A stretch of 64,000 bases of DNA from Lama glama (taxonomy: Eukaryota): NCBI GenBank assembly GCA_028534125.1, contig CM052816.1:83826001-83890000 (forward strand). Direction: 5' to 3'. The notes beneath the pieces were generated by a model, which was not told the DNA's origin, searched no databases, and saw nothing but the letters and a program-made list of their open reading frames with translations. The position numbers and the translations under genes are program-made. Positions 40,518 through 53,441 of the stretch are shown in pieces. Numbering within the stretch: the first letter of the stretch is position 1; the number at the start of each line of letters is the position of its first letter.

Positions 40518-42249
40518 AATGCTGATTGTCATTTTCAAATTCACAAATAAAACCATAGGAACAAGGGCCATTTGAGTGACTTTGGTATGTGCAACGTAGA
40601 AGCAGAAAACAAAAATAAAACCATATGGCAACCTGGAGTCCGAGCTTTAGAAGTTAACAGCCACTGCTTATCTAAAAAATATATTCTGTGACCAATAGTG
40701 AAGTTTATACAGATCAGTTCAAACCATTACACTGCATTTAAATTACTGTCCATTTAAAACATATTAAAATTTATTTCAAAATGTCTCCAACCTTATTCTG
40801 TCAGAATGAGTTGACAGAATAAAATCAACAGTCTAAAACAGTCCAAATTTGCCTGTTAAAATTAGAACATTTCAGTACTACAGAAGGAGCATCAGACATT
40901 TTGAAGTCTGTAAATGCTCTTCAGGGACAAGCATTTCCATAGTTAGGGAATGCCATATCCCTAGTTGTTTTACTGTGGCTCAGGTCTGACTCATTCAGAC
41001 TGTATTTTACTTTGGCTCAAACATTTTTCAAAACTCCTAAATATCTCCAGCATCAGTTACCTTGTTTAAATTTAATCCAGTTATTTTTTCCCCTATTACC
41101 TGCCTTTGCATTTTAATGACTTTTTTTTTCACAGTTGTCAGCTCTAAGTATCTGGCCATCTTACCCTCTCCAAAATTTACTCATACCCTGCATATCTTCT
41201 GTAGGGATTTTGCATAGTGCTAACCCCACATCTGAGTGCTACAGCTCATCCTAATTTCACTTGAGACGCTAATTATCACAACTGGATGAATGAATCAACC
41301 CTCTGAGTTCAAGTATTTGCTTTGACATTTTACCTGAGTTTGTCAAAGACTGTAGCTTTCCACCCATGACCTGGAATCCTCCTTCTAAACCCATTCTTAT
41401 AACTGAATGACCACTTCCCAGTACCGATGTTCATTTACACTAGTTACCAACTATTTTTGCCTTGTTTCATCATGCTAAATTATTCTATAACCTTGCTCCT
41501 CAAGATACAGACCACCCATCTCTTACTTTGTTTCTAGGAATCCAGGTCATGTGCATCTTTTTTTCTTGACTACTTACTGTTTCAGATTTTGTGCTCATAT
41601 TTGCCATATAAGCTTTGCTTATGTTATCTTTTTCAACAGATATCTTGCTCAGGTAGATAGCTCTTGCCTGAAGTCTCAGATCCTTTGATTCTGACTTATT
41701 ATTCTAAATAAAGATGTTCTTAGGGAATCAACTTTTACTAATGTGGAACCATCACTTACATAATTAGTCGTATTGAATAATTCAAACAGCAAGCCATCAG
41801 AATTGAAGACTATAATAACCAAACACCAGAGCATATGGCTCCACCACTGCGCAACAGTCTGTGGGTTAGCCCCTCAAAGGTTATCCCATTCCTCACTCAC
41901 TTTCCTATGCGGTCATTTCTGGCAAAATATTCCTCAATTCTGAAAAAAAAAAGTATTTCTTCTTCTACTAGTTTTATAACATATGTGTATATGTGGCCGT
42001 AATGACTTCATTCATTAGTCATTTCTCTGTGTACTGTTTTTAATGATACATTTTTTGTCCCAGAAATTATTTATATATAAACAGAAACATGGTTTATAGC
42101 TTACTTTTAAATTCATAATACCAAAAATCCATAATTTTGGATCATAATTACCAAAAATTTGGCCATCTAATTTTGTATTTATGTCATTATATATATCAAG
42201 AAAACACTTAATAAGTTGAAAAGCTATGTTTTATATACATATTCCCAAA

Positions 42250-42405
42250 TTTGAGAGATCATTTGTAGCATTTTGTGTGGAAATTATACTTAAAACACCT
42301 GCTTGTTCAATATGGTTATAACATAAATGGACACAGAAATAGAAATATAAACAATTATGTAATAGCAATTCAGAGCTCTAAACCATAACAGTGAACATTT
42401 TTCCT
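42250..42405 (+). repeat. Copy 2 of a diverged ~160-bp direct repeat
   Basis: Collinear matches to 40353-40517 at an offset of about 1.89 kb. Confidence 0.8.
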
Positions 42406-43686
42406 GTTCATATGCATATGAATTTATATGTAAATATCAATATATATGAATATATATATTCATTTTAAACTCAGGCCTTTCCACAGAAGACGATCCTGAG
42501 CACAAGTGATATTTGATAAGCTTTCTCACTTGACGTCTATGGTGTTTGTTAAAACTTGATTTCAGTGTCCTGCTTGAGAGTTCCATCTGGAATTCAGCTT
42601 GCTTTTCAGAACTCCTCTGCAATGTAGAACTGCTATTTATTTGAGATGTGCTAATATCCTCACAGAGTCAATGCACAACAAAAAAATGCTGTGTTTGTGA
42701 TTTTTGAGTCAGAAAACTGCTGGCACTGAAAAATGAAGAACAAATCCTTGCATTCTGGCAAGCTCCTAACAGCATTGAACTATTAACGCTAAATCATTTT
42801 GAGCCAAACTTACTTTCCTAAGATTTGATCTCTTTCCTAAATGATGCTGTCAAAAACAAAAATGTGGGTGCATTTTTAAAGAATGAAAGTAGATGTGAAT
42901 TTTTTTTTTAAATGACCGTAACTGCTTTAAGATAACTTCACATATAAAGTAGCAAATTTTTTTTTTTTGCTTGACAGAGTTAGCCTTCGTGTTGTAATCT
43001 TTTGATTTCTATAGTTGAAATTCTGGTACCATTATAATTAGTCTCTATTATGAATGTTTTTTGCATCTGGGATGTTTTATTTCGTGCATTAAGTAGGAAG
43101 CAGCACAAAATTATGTACTTAGTGTAAGCAGACACATCCCAATTCTATGAGGAAAAATATATTGACTTTAAAATAATCTGAAGAACCTATTACGTACGTG
43201 TGTGCCTGTGTGTAAAGGTAACTTTAAGCACTGTTTTATCACAGCTGCGATAGCATTTTAAGTGCCCTATATTCTGACTAGTCACAGAACAGCAGCCAAG
43301 TGGAAATGACAGTGACTGACAATTACAGAAGAAATAAAATCTCTTCCAGAAGTGCACTGAGACCTGTGGACCTCAATCAACTGAACTACAAATCCATTAA
43401 ATGACTTAATTTTGTGTATCCAACTGTGAGATATATTTACCACTACACTGACAAGAACTATAGATAATAAATGCATCTTGTAATACAATTCACCTACTAG
43501 TAAGTGAGTTACCTATGCTGAATAATCTGTCTAACAGCCTGACACTGTATATGAGCAAAATCTCAAAACGTACCATACAGCTTAAAGAAAACAAAGGCTA
43601 ACTAAGGTAAATGACTAATATCATCGCTTTTATTTAATAAAAGGGCAAACTTCAAATCAAAAAATGTTAATTGCCACATTAAAACG

Positions 43687-44188
43687 CAGGTATACCTTGT
43701 TTCATACCTTTATGTTTTGCTATATTGTGCTTCACAGATATTACATTTTTTTAAGAAATCAAATGTTTGTGGCATCCCTGCATTAAGCAAGACTGCTGGT
43801 ACCGTTTTTCCAACAGCATTTGCTCGCTTGTGTCTCTGTGTCACATTTTGGTAATTCTTGCAATATTTCACATTTTTTCATTATTATTTATATTTGTTTT
43901 GGTGATCTGTAATCAATGATCTTTGACGTAACTATTGCAAAAAGATTACAACTCACTGAAGGCTCAGATAATGGTTAACCATTTTTAGCAATAAGGTATT
44001 TTTAATTAAGGTATGTACAATGTGATTTTAGATATAATGCTATTACACATTTAATAGACTACAAAATAGTATAAATATAACTTTGCATGCAATGGGAAAC
44101 CAGGACATTTGTGTGATTCACTTTATTGCAATATTTGCTTTATTGTGGTGATTTGAACAAAACCTGCAAAACCTCCGAGGTGTACCTG
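43687..44188 (+). mobile_element. Internally deleted Tigger1 (Tigger1a-type MITE)
   Basis: TIRs caggtatacctt and gaggtgtacctg. The Tigger1 5' part joins the 3' part at ctattg|caaaaagattac (~43937). Confidence 0.9.
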
Positions 44189-46004
44189 CATTCTGACCAA
44201 TCTACTATTAAAAGATATGTTGAGTCATTTTAAATTAATATCTATTTTTAAATTACCTAGGTCACAAAAGAGGAAGAGATAGACATTAACTATAAAACAG
44301 GCTTGCCCAAGTTCCACGTGTCTTACTTAGAGTCTGGAACATGTTAGAAACGATATATTCGCCAAAAGACACTTTCCTCAGTATACCATGCTATAACATA
44401 TACTATAGCACATGTTTCCCCAGCATGTACTGTAATTTATACTAAAATCTCCAGTTAATTATATTATTTTTTAAAAACATTACATATAAAATAAATTTGC
44501 CAGTGATAGAACAAGCTTGACCATTCAAAAGTTCATAACAAAAAGAAAATTATTCATTCACTCACCCATTTATTTATTGAAAAATGTTCATTGAGACATC
44601 ACTGTGTTCCAGGGATCTGTAGGAGAGTCATGGTTAAAAGAATTCATGTGACTACCATGTGATTCTAAGAAAGTGTTATTAAAAATTTGACAATGAAATC
44701 TCTTTCATTCAACAGAATAGAAAAAGTTATGCCAAGGAAATTTAAACTTTGAGTGTATTTCCTCACAGGTATACTGAACACAACTGGAAACAATAAAGTT
44801 AGATGAAAACCCGGCTTAATTTTCATCAGTAATCTTTCATCAATAATTTTATGTGATGAATGAGTCTTATGCAGGGGTTAATTTATTTGACTGTTTTTCT
44901 AATATGCCTGTTCTAGAATTTCAGCAATTATCATCAATTTGTACCTCAAAACCTGTAAAAATATAATTTAGTTTAATTTACTTTGGCATTGTAATTGCTG
45001 ACTGGGAAACAAAATAAACAGACTGCCCCTAATGCATACATCTTCTATGCTGGAAAGAAGCATATGATGATTAATTATTAGAAAAACCTTACACCAAAAT
45101 GAGTTGTAACCAAAGAAATGATGGAAAATTGGTCAGCGTTAAGTTTAGGGAAAATCTAAAATAAGCATACATTATAATCCCTTTATTGCCTTAACTGAAA
45201 GACAAATGGGAAGATGTGAAGGCTATATTGTATAAGTATTTAGGTAATTACATCTCAATTGATTAATAATATAAGTGATTCATTTGGAACTGCTAAAGAA
45301 AAAAATAATGAGACCATGAAATAACTATGTGGTACTTCCTTTCAATAATTTGTTTAAACAGTCAACTTGTATTTTCTATATATTTATATATGTATAGGCA
45401 CATGTATGTATATACACTAACACAGTATGTGGGTATGTGTTTGATAATGACAATTCATGCTATGTTATGAAAATTTTATCTTATCTTTTTAAAAATGTAC
45501 TTTTCCTATCTGTCTGATACATCTTCCTAAAGTGTTATTGAGAATGGTAAATGACTTATGTATTATATTATATATTCATATTTATATAAATTCTCTGAGC
45601 GCTGTGTGAGGGAGATACCAGATGTAAAGTTTTGTACATTTACAAGTGATACTAGGAATAGAAGACTAAAAGTATTAAGATGTCAACATAAAATAGTATT
45701 TGGCCTGGACTTAAATTTCAAATCAAAACATGAATGCAACTATTGCTTTAGGAATAAAAACGTAAATGGAATTCTAAGAAGGAAGCTAAGTTTATTAAGC
45801 ACCTACTATGGCTTGAAAGTATTACATAGTTTTACTTTCAAAAATACTTTTTTAGGGACATTAATACTATTTTATTTCATTATATCATAAAGGAAACCTG
45901 AGCCTTAGAGAAGTTACATGACTTCCTGATGATTAATTATGCAGTGACTAACATCACCAGGAAAAAATAGACACTATTGGATTCCAGTTCAGCAAATTAA
46001 TATT

Positions 46005-46326
46005 TGTTTTTTTTTTATGGTTCTTTTTCTTTTTTAATTGATGGATAGTTGACATACACCATTATATTAGTTTCAGGTATGCAACATAATGATTCGATAT
46101 TTTGTATATATTGCAAAATGATCACCATGACAAGTCTAGTTAACATGCATCACTGTAAATAGTTACAGAATTTTTTTCTTGTCATGAGAAATTTTAGGAT
46201 CTACTCTCTTAGCCACTTTCAAACATGCAATACAGTATTATTAATTATAATTATCATGGTATACATTACATCCCTGTGACATTTATTTTAAAGCTGGAAG
46301 CTTGTATCTTTTGCCCCTCTTCACCT
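46005..46326 (-). mobile_element. L1MA-like 3' end
   Basis: T-tract, then tagtttcaggtatgcaacataatgattc...gatctactctcttagc...ctggaagcttgtatctttt. Confidence 0.85.
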
Positions 46327-49300
46327 GAGCTTTCTGTGTGTAGTATGATTGTCACCCCGACTTCATGAACTCTATCAGAGTTCTATCTGTTTTCTCCACT
46401 TCATTTCTAGCACCACTGATGTGCACTGGGAGGCAGAACAACTGAGAAACAAAAATGCAAAAGTGGTTGGAGTTGTGAACCCTGTCAGCATCCCTGCTCT
46501 GATACTCCTTGAACCGCTGGGTTTATTGAGAGCAGCAATACGTCTCTGAGCTCCTGTCCTATGCCTTGCAATGGAAATATGACACAGAAAGGATTTTCTG
46601 CATAGCACTATTTACAACAAGCCTACCTCTACCCTCTTTATCTAAACTATGCATTGCCAGTGATTTTTATTCTGGTGTCAACAATGTATTTGTTTCAACC
46701 TAATCACAAAAGACCATGCTAACTCATATTACAATACCTGTGTCTCTTTAACTTTATTTCTAGGTGGAAAATAGATTTTTCTCCTTGATGTTCTAATCAT
46801 CATGATAAAAATCTTTGCTTTTAATCCTTATCTAGGGTTATCTTTATAATTAAGTTTTGTGTGCATTTCTTAGCATGTATAATTAACTTTTATGTATACA
46901 ACTTAGAAATTCATGGAACTGAGCCTAATTCTATGATTTAGTACATTCTCTAGGTAATAAATAACCTAGTGTATTTTATTAATTGCTTAATCCATTCAAT
47001 TAATACACAAGTTTTAGTACTGAATGTCTGACATATGTTTATATGTAAACAATTGACAATGTTAAATCAGAAAAAATGTTATAATTAATGATACAAATAA
47101 AACGATTCTATTTGAAGTTGTACTGGAATTCTAGTCATCTTTTGTCATTATGTACTTTCCCAATTGCATACAAACAGGACTATATAGTAGAAGATTTGAT
47201 ACTAAAAGTGAATCCTTAATTTAGGTGAGGTTAAGCACCTCTAATATAGTACATTCCTTTCTCAATATTAAGTTATCAGGAAAGACAAATGATTAATTAA
47301 AATATAGCTGTAGGAAAGAATATCAGGAAGTTAGTTACTTCATCTCAGAATTGTACATCCTAAGGAATAATCCCAACTGCTCTGTTACATTTTGACATTC
47401 ATACCCCCTAGCAAGCACATCATGCATCTAATTAGGTAATGCTAGATAAATATTGAGACATTAGCACTTTCAACCAATTTCATATATTTTCTAGTCTACT
47501 AAGAATATCTTTATTACATTATTGGATAACATATAGAGTTCCTCATTTCAGTAGGTTGTTGGTTTTGTTTTGTTTTGTTTTTTGGTATTTTGCTGCAATT
47601 CTATATTGCCTTGTGGGATTATATTTTACATTTACTGCTTCTCCATAGTCCATAATGATACACGTGAATCTGATCAAATTTCAAAGCCACATGGACAGCA
47701 TGTGTGAAGCCACCCTATAAGCAGATGACACTGTTTAAGTTGCTCTCACGTTTCTGTGTCAAGGCAGACCAACACATTCATGCCCATGTTTCTAGGCTTC
47801 ACGTTGGGTTAGGGACCGTTTTCAAGTATTTAAACTCTGCAATCAATTATGTGTTCCCAATTTGTCTCAAGAATTGAAATTTTCATATAGAAGATTTAAA
47901 AATTGTATCTATAATTGTTTCTTCATGTGCAGTGATGACAGGAAGGGACGTTATCCTGTAAATAGAATATTTTAAAGAGTTTATTCAGAGTTTTCACGTC
48001 TTAGAAAGGGAGACATGCCAGTAATGTAGGGCAAACTTTTTAAACACTTGATTACATTTTCTTTAATATGAATAATACATTAGAGATAATTTACTGGTCA
48101 ATAAGAACTGAGCAAAGTATTGATTCCCACAATCATTAAACTGTTTCTAACTAAGAAAACTTTGTTGTGTTAAAAGAAATGCATTCTGCAAGTTATGAGA
48201 TAGTAAAACATAAACGGATATAATACCCTCCTTTCTTCTGGTCTAACAGCATTGAGACAGAGCCAAGCAAGACTCCTCAGCACCCAGCTGAAGCCAGGAG
48301 CCAGTATTTGCCCCTAGGAAAGCCCAGTCTCCACTGGTAGCTCATCTCACTGAGGTTTCTCCTTCCTGGAATGGTAGTCCTCACGGCTTGTATAGATCCC
48401 TAAAGGACTGATTTAAAAATACATTAGACACAAAGACAGATTTAATGAAATGAAAGAGAGAACATCAGAAAATACAAGTACTGAAGCAAAGAAACCAAAA
48501 TAATGAAAAAGAAAGAGCAAAAGAGGTGTGGAACAAAGCAAAAAAGTTCACTACATACAATTTAAATTCAATATGGAGAAGAGATAAAATGTGAGGTAGA
48601 AGCAGTATTTCAACAGAAAAGAGCTGATGGGAAAAAAAAAAATCAGCCCAAGGATTCAAGAAATTCTGCAAGGAACAGACAAGGGAAATACACAGCACAT
48701 CACACCTGGCTGCATCCTAACAGGACAAGTGAAAACCTAAAGCAGAAAGAAGCACACAAAAAGCACACAAAAAGTGGTCAGAGGAGAAAAATAGGCATCT
48801 TATATTATTATCTTCAAAGGAACAATCCTGAGTGGGAAAGCTGGCTTCTGAATGGAAATGACGAAAAGCAGAACACAAAGGAAGGGTATTTTTAAAGGGC
48901 TGAAAACAACATCAACAAGAAATTCTACTTCAAAACCTCCCCCCAAATTTCTTCGAATATAAAGTCAAAAACAAAAGGCTCATTCACATGAATAAAAAAT
49001 GAACCATATTTATCACTGTACCCAGAGAAATTTTAATCACCTTTCTAGTAGGAAAAACATCTGTGAGAGAAATAGGGAAATACACTATGAAATAAAAAGT
49101 AACACAGAATGTGAATATATAAATAAGCACAAAATAAATATTGACTCCATTGAAATTGTATAATAGTGCAGAGTTACAATTTGGGAGAACAATAATAACA
49201 AAGATAATAATAAGGTAGATAAAATTCAAGTGAACTAAGGCTCTAACATTATACATAATAAGATAAAATATAATTATTCTGTTGAAATGTTGTAAGTTCA

Positions 49301-50047
49301 ATTTCTTCATGTTATAATCTCTAGGCATCGCTCCTAAAATTATTTAAGAATAAGAAATTACAGGTTAATTGACAGAAAGTAAAATGATAAAGAAGGGTTA
49401 ATTCAAAGTAACAAAAAGAAAAGAATGTTCAATACAAAATGACTTCATAAAACAAATCCTAGTGTCATAGCAGCTATAAATTGAAGTATAGAAGTAATTA
49501 TGCAAAATATAAATGAATAAATTTTCAAGTAAAAGACTAAAATGATCAGAGTAGCTAAAATACCAAATTCTTGTATTTGCTTCATACAAGAGACACATGA
49601 AAGGAAAGTTGGAAATGAAATAAAGAAACAAATTATACTTTACCAAATTATACTATACTAAACTCTAATCTAAAGAAGACTGGCGGAGATATGCTGATAT
49701 TTGACATAATAGATTTTAGTGTTAGAATATCGTACCATATGAACAGAGACAGTATATAATTCAATTCATCAGAAATGCTGCACAATTTTAAATATGGATA
49801 CATACAACAGCCTATCTTCCAATACTTTTTAATTGACAGAGTTGAAGTTGATATAGAGAAATCCACAGTCATTTAAATATGCTTTAAAATAACACATGGG
49901 CCAAAGAATACATCACAATGAAAACTAGAAAACACTGTTACATGAATGAAGATTTCATTAATGAAGGAAAAAAAAAATATCAATCCTTGTCAAGTGTACT
50001 TAAAGCAGCGCTTAAAGGTGAATTTATTGATTTAAGGGTATGCATTT

Positions 50048-50404
50048 GTATTAGCTTGGACCACCATTACAAGTCACCATAGATTGGTGACTTAAACAGC
50101 GGGAATTTATGGCTCACAGTTCTCCAGGCTGGGAAGTCCAAGATCAAGATGTTGCGTCCCCTGGGAGAGCTCTCCTCCTGACTTGGGCATGGCTGCCTGT
50201 TTTTGCTGATTGCTAACCTGAAGCAGAGAAAGAGAAAGCAAGCTCTCCAGTGTCTCTTATTAGGGCATGTAATCCCATCATGAGTGATGTGCCTTTGTGA
50301 TCTCGCCTAAATCTCATTACCTCCAAAGATGCCATTCCAAATAGGATAATTTGGGCCTAGGGATTCAACATAAGAATGTTGGGGACAGACAATTACTCGT
50401 AGCA
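50048..50404 (-). mobile_element. MaLR LTR (MLT1A-like)
   Basis: tgtattag...ctcacagttctccaggctgggaagtccaagatcaag...ggattcaacataagaatgttggggaca...tagca. Confidence 0.85.
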
Positions 50405-50924
50405 ATGTTAAAATAGAGGAAATTCTAAAACTTAGTGAAACAGGCTTCTATTGTGTGACACCAGAAAAAGCACAGCAAGTCAAGGTCAGCATTTAGAAGG
50501 AAGGGAGTAATTAATACATAGTAAACAGTAAAAATCAGTAGAATAGGAAAACAGAATAAAGAATATTTTTAAAAGATAAACTTAGTTTATTTTAAAAGTT
50601 GATAACATAAGGCAAGGGAGACTGATCAGGAGATAAAAACAGAAAATTAGAGTTACATAAGCATGTAAGAGGAATCATGACGAATAGGTACATTGCTAAC
50701 AAAAATAAGTTAATTATGCAAAATTTTATGGTGATAAATTTGGCATTTTAGATGAAATGGTTGGACAGATTCCTAGAAAAATAGAATTTAACAGTGATAT
50801 AAAAAGAAAAACAAAAAACTGTCTATTCCCATACTTATTAAATAAAAGTTTTTTGAGGAAAATCCCTGACTCAAAAGGATTTACTGGTTTAAACTTCAAG
50901 ATATCCTAAGTATTATTCTAGATA

Positions 50925-51345
50925 TTTTTCTAAGGACAAATATTTGCTTGGCCTCTGGACACAGAAAGATATTGAAAAGAGACAAAGGGACACTGAAGAA
51001 AGAGGCAGATCACTCCAGATTGGTAGATGGCAGTTTTAAGAAGTAAGAGAACTTACAAAGGAGGTTTTTCTTGGGCAGCCACAAGACAAGCAGATCTCTG
51101 CACCCACCCACCAGAATCTTAAATGTTTAAATAAAGGCCTTAACTAGGTTCAGTCACATAAACAGTCCAGATGGTCTTAAGAACACACTACTTTCTCAAG
51201 GCTACATCTGTGGAATGGCTCTGGCTACAGCAATGGTGGGTGGACAGTTCATTCCAAGGATGGGGGTTGGGGTGAAGAAGCTCTGATTGTCTTGGTCCTG
51301 CTCACAAATCAACCGGTAGTCACATCCTCTCCATAATCTCCTCTG
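50925..51345 (-). mobile_element. ERVL LTR (MER74/MER73-like)
   Basis: cagtcacataaacagtccagatggtct...tctcaaggctac...ttccaaggatggggg. Boundaries approximate. Confidence 0.55.
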
Positions 51346-51594
51346 AGAACAAATTATCAGTTTTCTATTTTCTGTATTCTAGGAGACAAGCAACAAAAAA
51401 AGAAACACATCTTATTTCACTCTATGAAACTATGAAAACCTTGATACCAAAACCTGAAATGTACCTTAAGAATGAAACTTTACCAAAAAAAAGTATCTAA
51501 TAAAGGCAGATGAAAAAAATTTTAAACAAAATATTAATAAATAATAAAATCTACAAGTGGGCTTATTCCAGGAATGCAAAAGAGAAAAAAATCT

Positions 51595-52690
51595 GCCAGG
51601 CTTCTGCTTTGAATGTAGAATCTGGAAGCATCATCACTTCCACTCTTAAAACAGTATAAGGAAATTCTGCAATTTTCAACTTGGATGATCCTGGAGGAAT
51701 TACACTCAGTGAAATAAGCCAGAAAAAGAAAGACACATACTGTATGATCTCACATATATGTGGAATCTAAAAAAGTTAAACTCATGGACTAAAGATTAGA
51801 ATAGTAGTTACCAGGGACGAAGGGATGGGGAAAATGGAGAGATATTGGTAAAAGTGCACAAACTTTGAGTTATCTGGTAAGTTCTAGACCTTCTAATGTA
51901 CAGCATGGTGACTATAGTTCATAATACTGTATTGCATATTTGAAGTTTGCAAGAGAGTAGTAGATCTTAACTTGTCTCAATCCATAAGAAAGCAGCTATG
52001 TGACGTGATGAATGTGTTAACTTGATTGTGGTAATCATGTCACAACACATACATATATAAATTCATCATGTTATATACTTTAAGCATATACAATTGTGTT
52101 TGTCAATTATACATCAATAAATCTGGAGAACAAGAAACCAAACAAAGCCAAAAAAAAAAAAGGCTAGATAATTTCTAAAACAATGTATTATCTTGAACTC
52201 CTGAGAGCTGAGAGCTAAGTTCACAGGGCAACCAACTAATAAGAAATCTAAGGTAAACAGTTATCTATAAGACATGGTAGAATTCAATCTGGTGCCTACT
52301 TGGGGCAATCACTGGGGTGACTGTAAGAAAAACTGAGCTAAATTTTATTTTAGAAATTGCTGAAGACTAGCTGGACTTAACAGGAGGATATAGAATACCG
52401 GGCAGCTAGAAACGCATAGGAAAAGAGCACCCACTCCTGGTCTAGTCTCCTTTGCTCTCATCACGTCTTCATGAGTAGAAAACAGAGAAGGCTCTTCGAT
52501 GGGTCAGGTTTAGAGAAGGGAAACACCTTTCACTGCAAGAAAGACATTCAGCATTGCCGGGATTCTTCTCCAGTGGGGCCAGTATGGAAAGCAGTGACAA
52601 CAACCAAAACGCCTCATCCAGACACTAAGCAGCAAACTGTCAGCCTCATGAAGGCAGCTGAGCTTCTGCCCCTCACAAGGAAAGCCAAGG
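51595..52690 (+). mobile_element. Old L1 5'UTR-like sequence interrupted by an L1MA 3' end
   Basis: cttctgctttgaatgtagaatctggaag...cactcttaaaac, resuming as aaaaggctagataat after the insert. Confidence 0.45.
51655..52135 (+). mobile_element. L1MA9-like 3' end
   Basis: ctcagtgaaataagccag...tatgtggaatctaaaaaag...ctaatgtacagcatggtgactatagt...tgtcaattatacatcaataaa. Confidence 0.9.
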
Positions 52691-53427
52691 GCCATGTGCA
52701 TGTGCATGTTCCAGTTAACACGTTCACCTGAGAACACACATGTTTTTGTATCTAATTTCACAGGGACTCATTCCTTCCTAATAAATCCCATCACATTCCC
52801 TTGACATACTTACAGAGGCCACGATGTTAACTGATTTTTATCTCTGTCAACGCTGCAGCTGCCAAAGTGAAAGAAATGTTTAAGGCCATCAGTGATATTT
52901 TGAACTGAAGCTTTGAATCTCTGCGCTTACTCTGAGAGTCACTCAGAGGCGTTAGAGACAACCAGCCCGCCTCATTTCCCCCTCTTCAGGGCACAGTGCC
53001 AGGCACGCAGTCTCCCACATTCTGGTCGTGTATCTCTTGATCTACTTGGAACAGACTAACTTACGGCCAAATTTGCAGCTATATACTGATCACGGGCCGT
53101 GCCAGTTACTTTGCCCAGATATAAAAAGTGTTTGAAAGCTCATACTGAGCAAAACCTATACATAACTGAATGTCAACAAGGTACTTGCCCGTTCTTCTCC
53201 AGAGCCAGGGGGCCATTCTGAGCCAGGCTGGAGGAACAGGAGCAGTGGGCCCCACCCCAAACCCCCTGGCGGATGGAGGCCTTAGTGGGGCTCCCCAGGT
53301 GCCCTTTCCCCTTGCTGCCTGCCCCCTCCTTGGGATGCTGGGGGGCACACACTGAACCATTCCTGTGTCAAGTGCCTTTGAGATCCAGATCTTTAAACTT
53401 TTATGTATTTATTAAAAAAAAAAAAAA
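52690..53427 (+). other. Unidentified 3'UTR-like segment ending in ATTAAA/poly(A); possible retroposed mRNA 3' end
   Basis: Does not resemble a repeat I know. GC-rich at 53190-53350 and ends tttatgtatttatt(A)14 at 53414-53427. Left boundary uncertain. Confidence 0.4.
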
Positions 53428-53441
53428 CCTTCAAACTTCAA

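Larger units (their letters stand above)
48420..51590 (+). mobile_element. Ancient L1M body (ORF1 end to ORF2) interrupted by two LTRs
   Basis: A-rich L1-like sequence: ttgcttcatacaagagacaca, gatgaaatgg...ttcctagaaaa, ccttgataccaaaacctga, gggcttattccaggaatgcaa. Confidence 0.75.
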
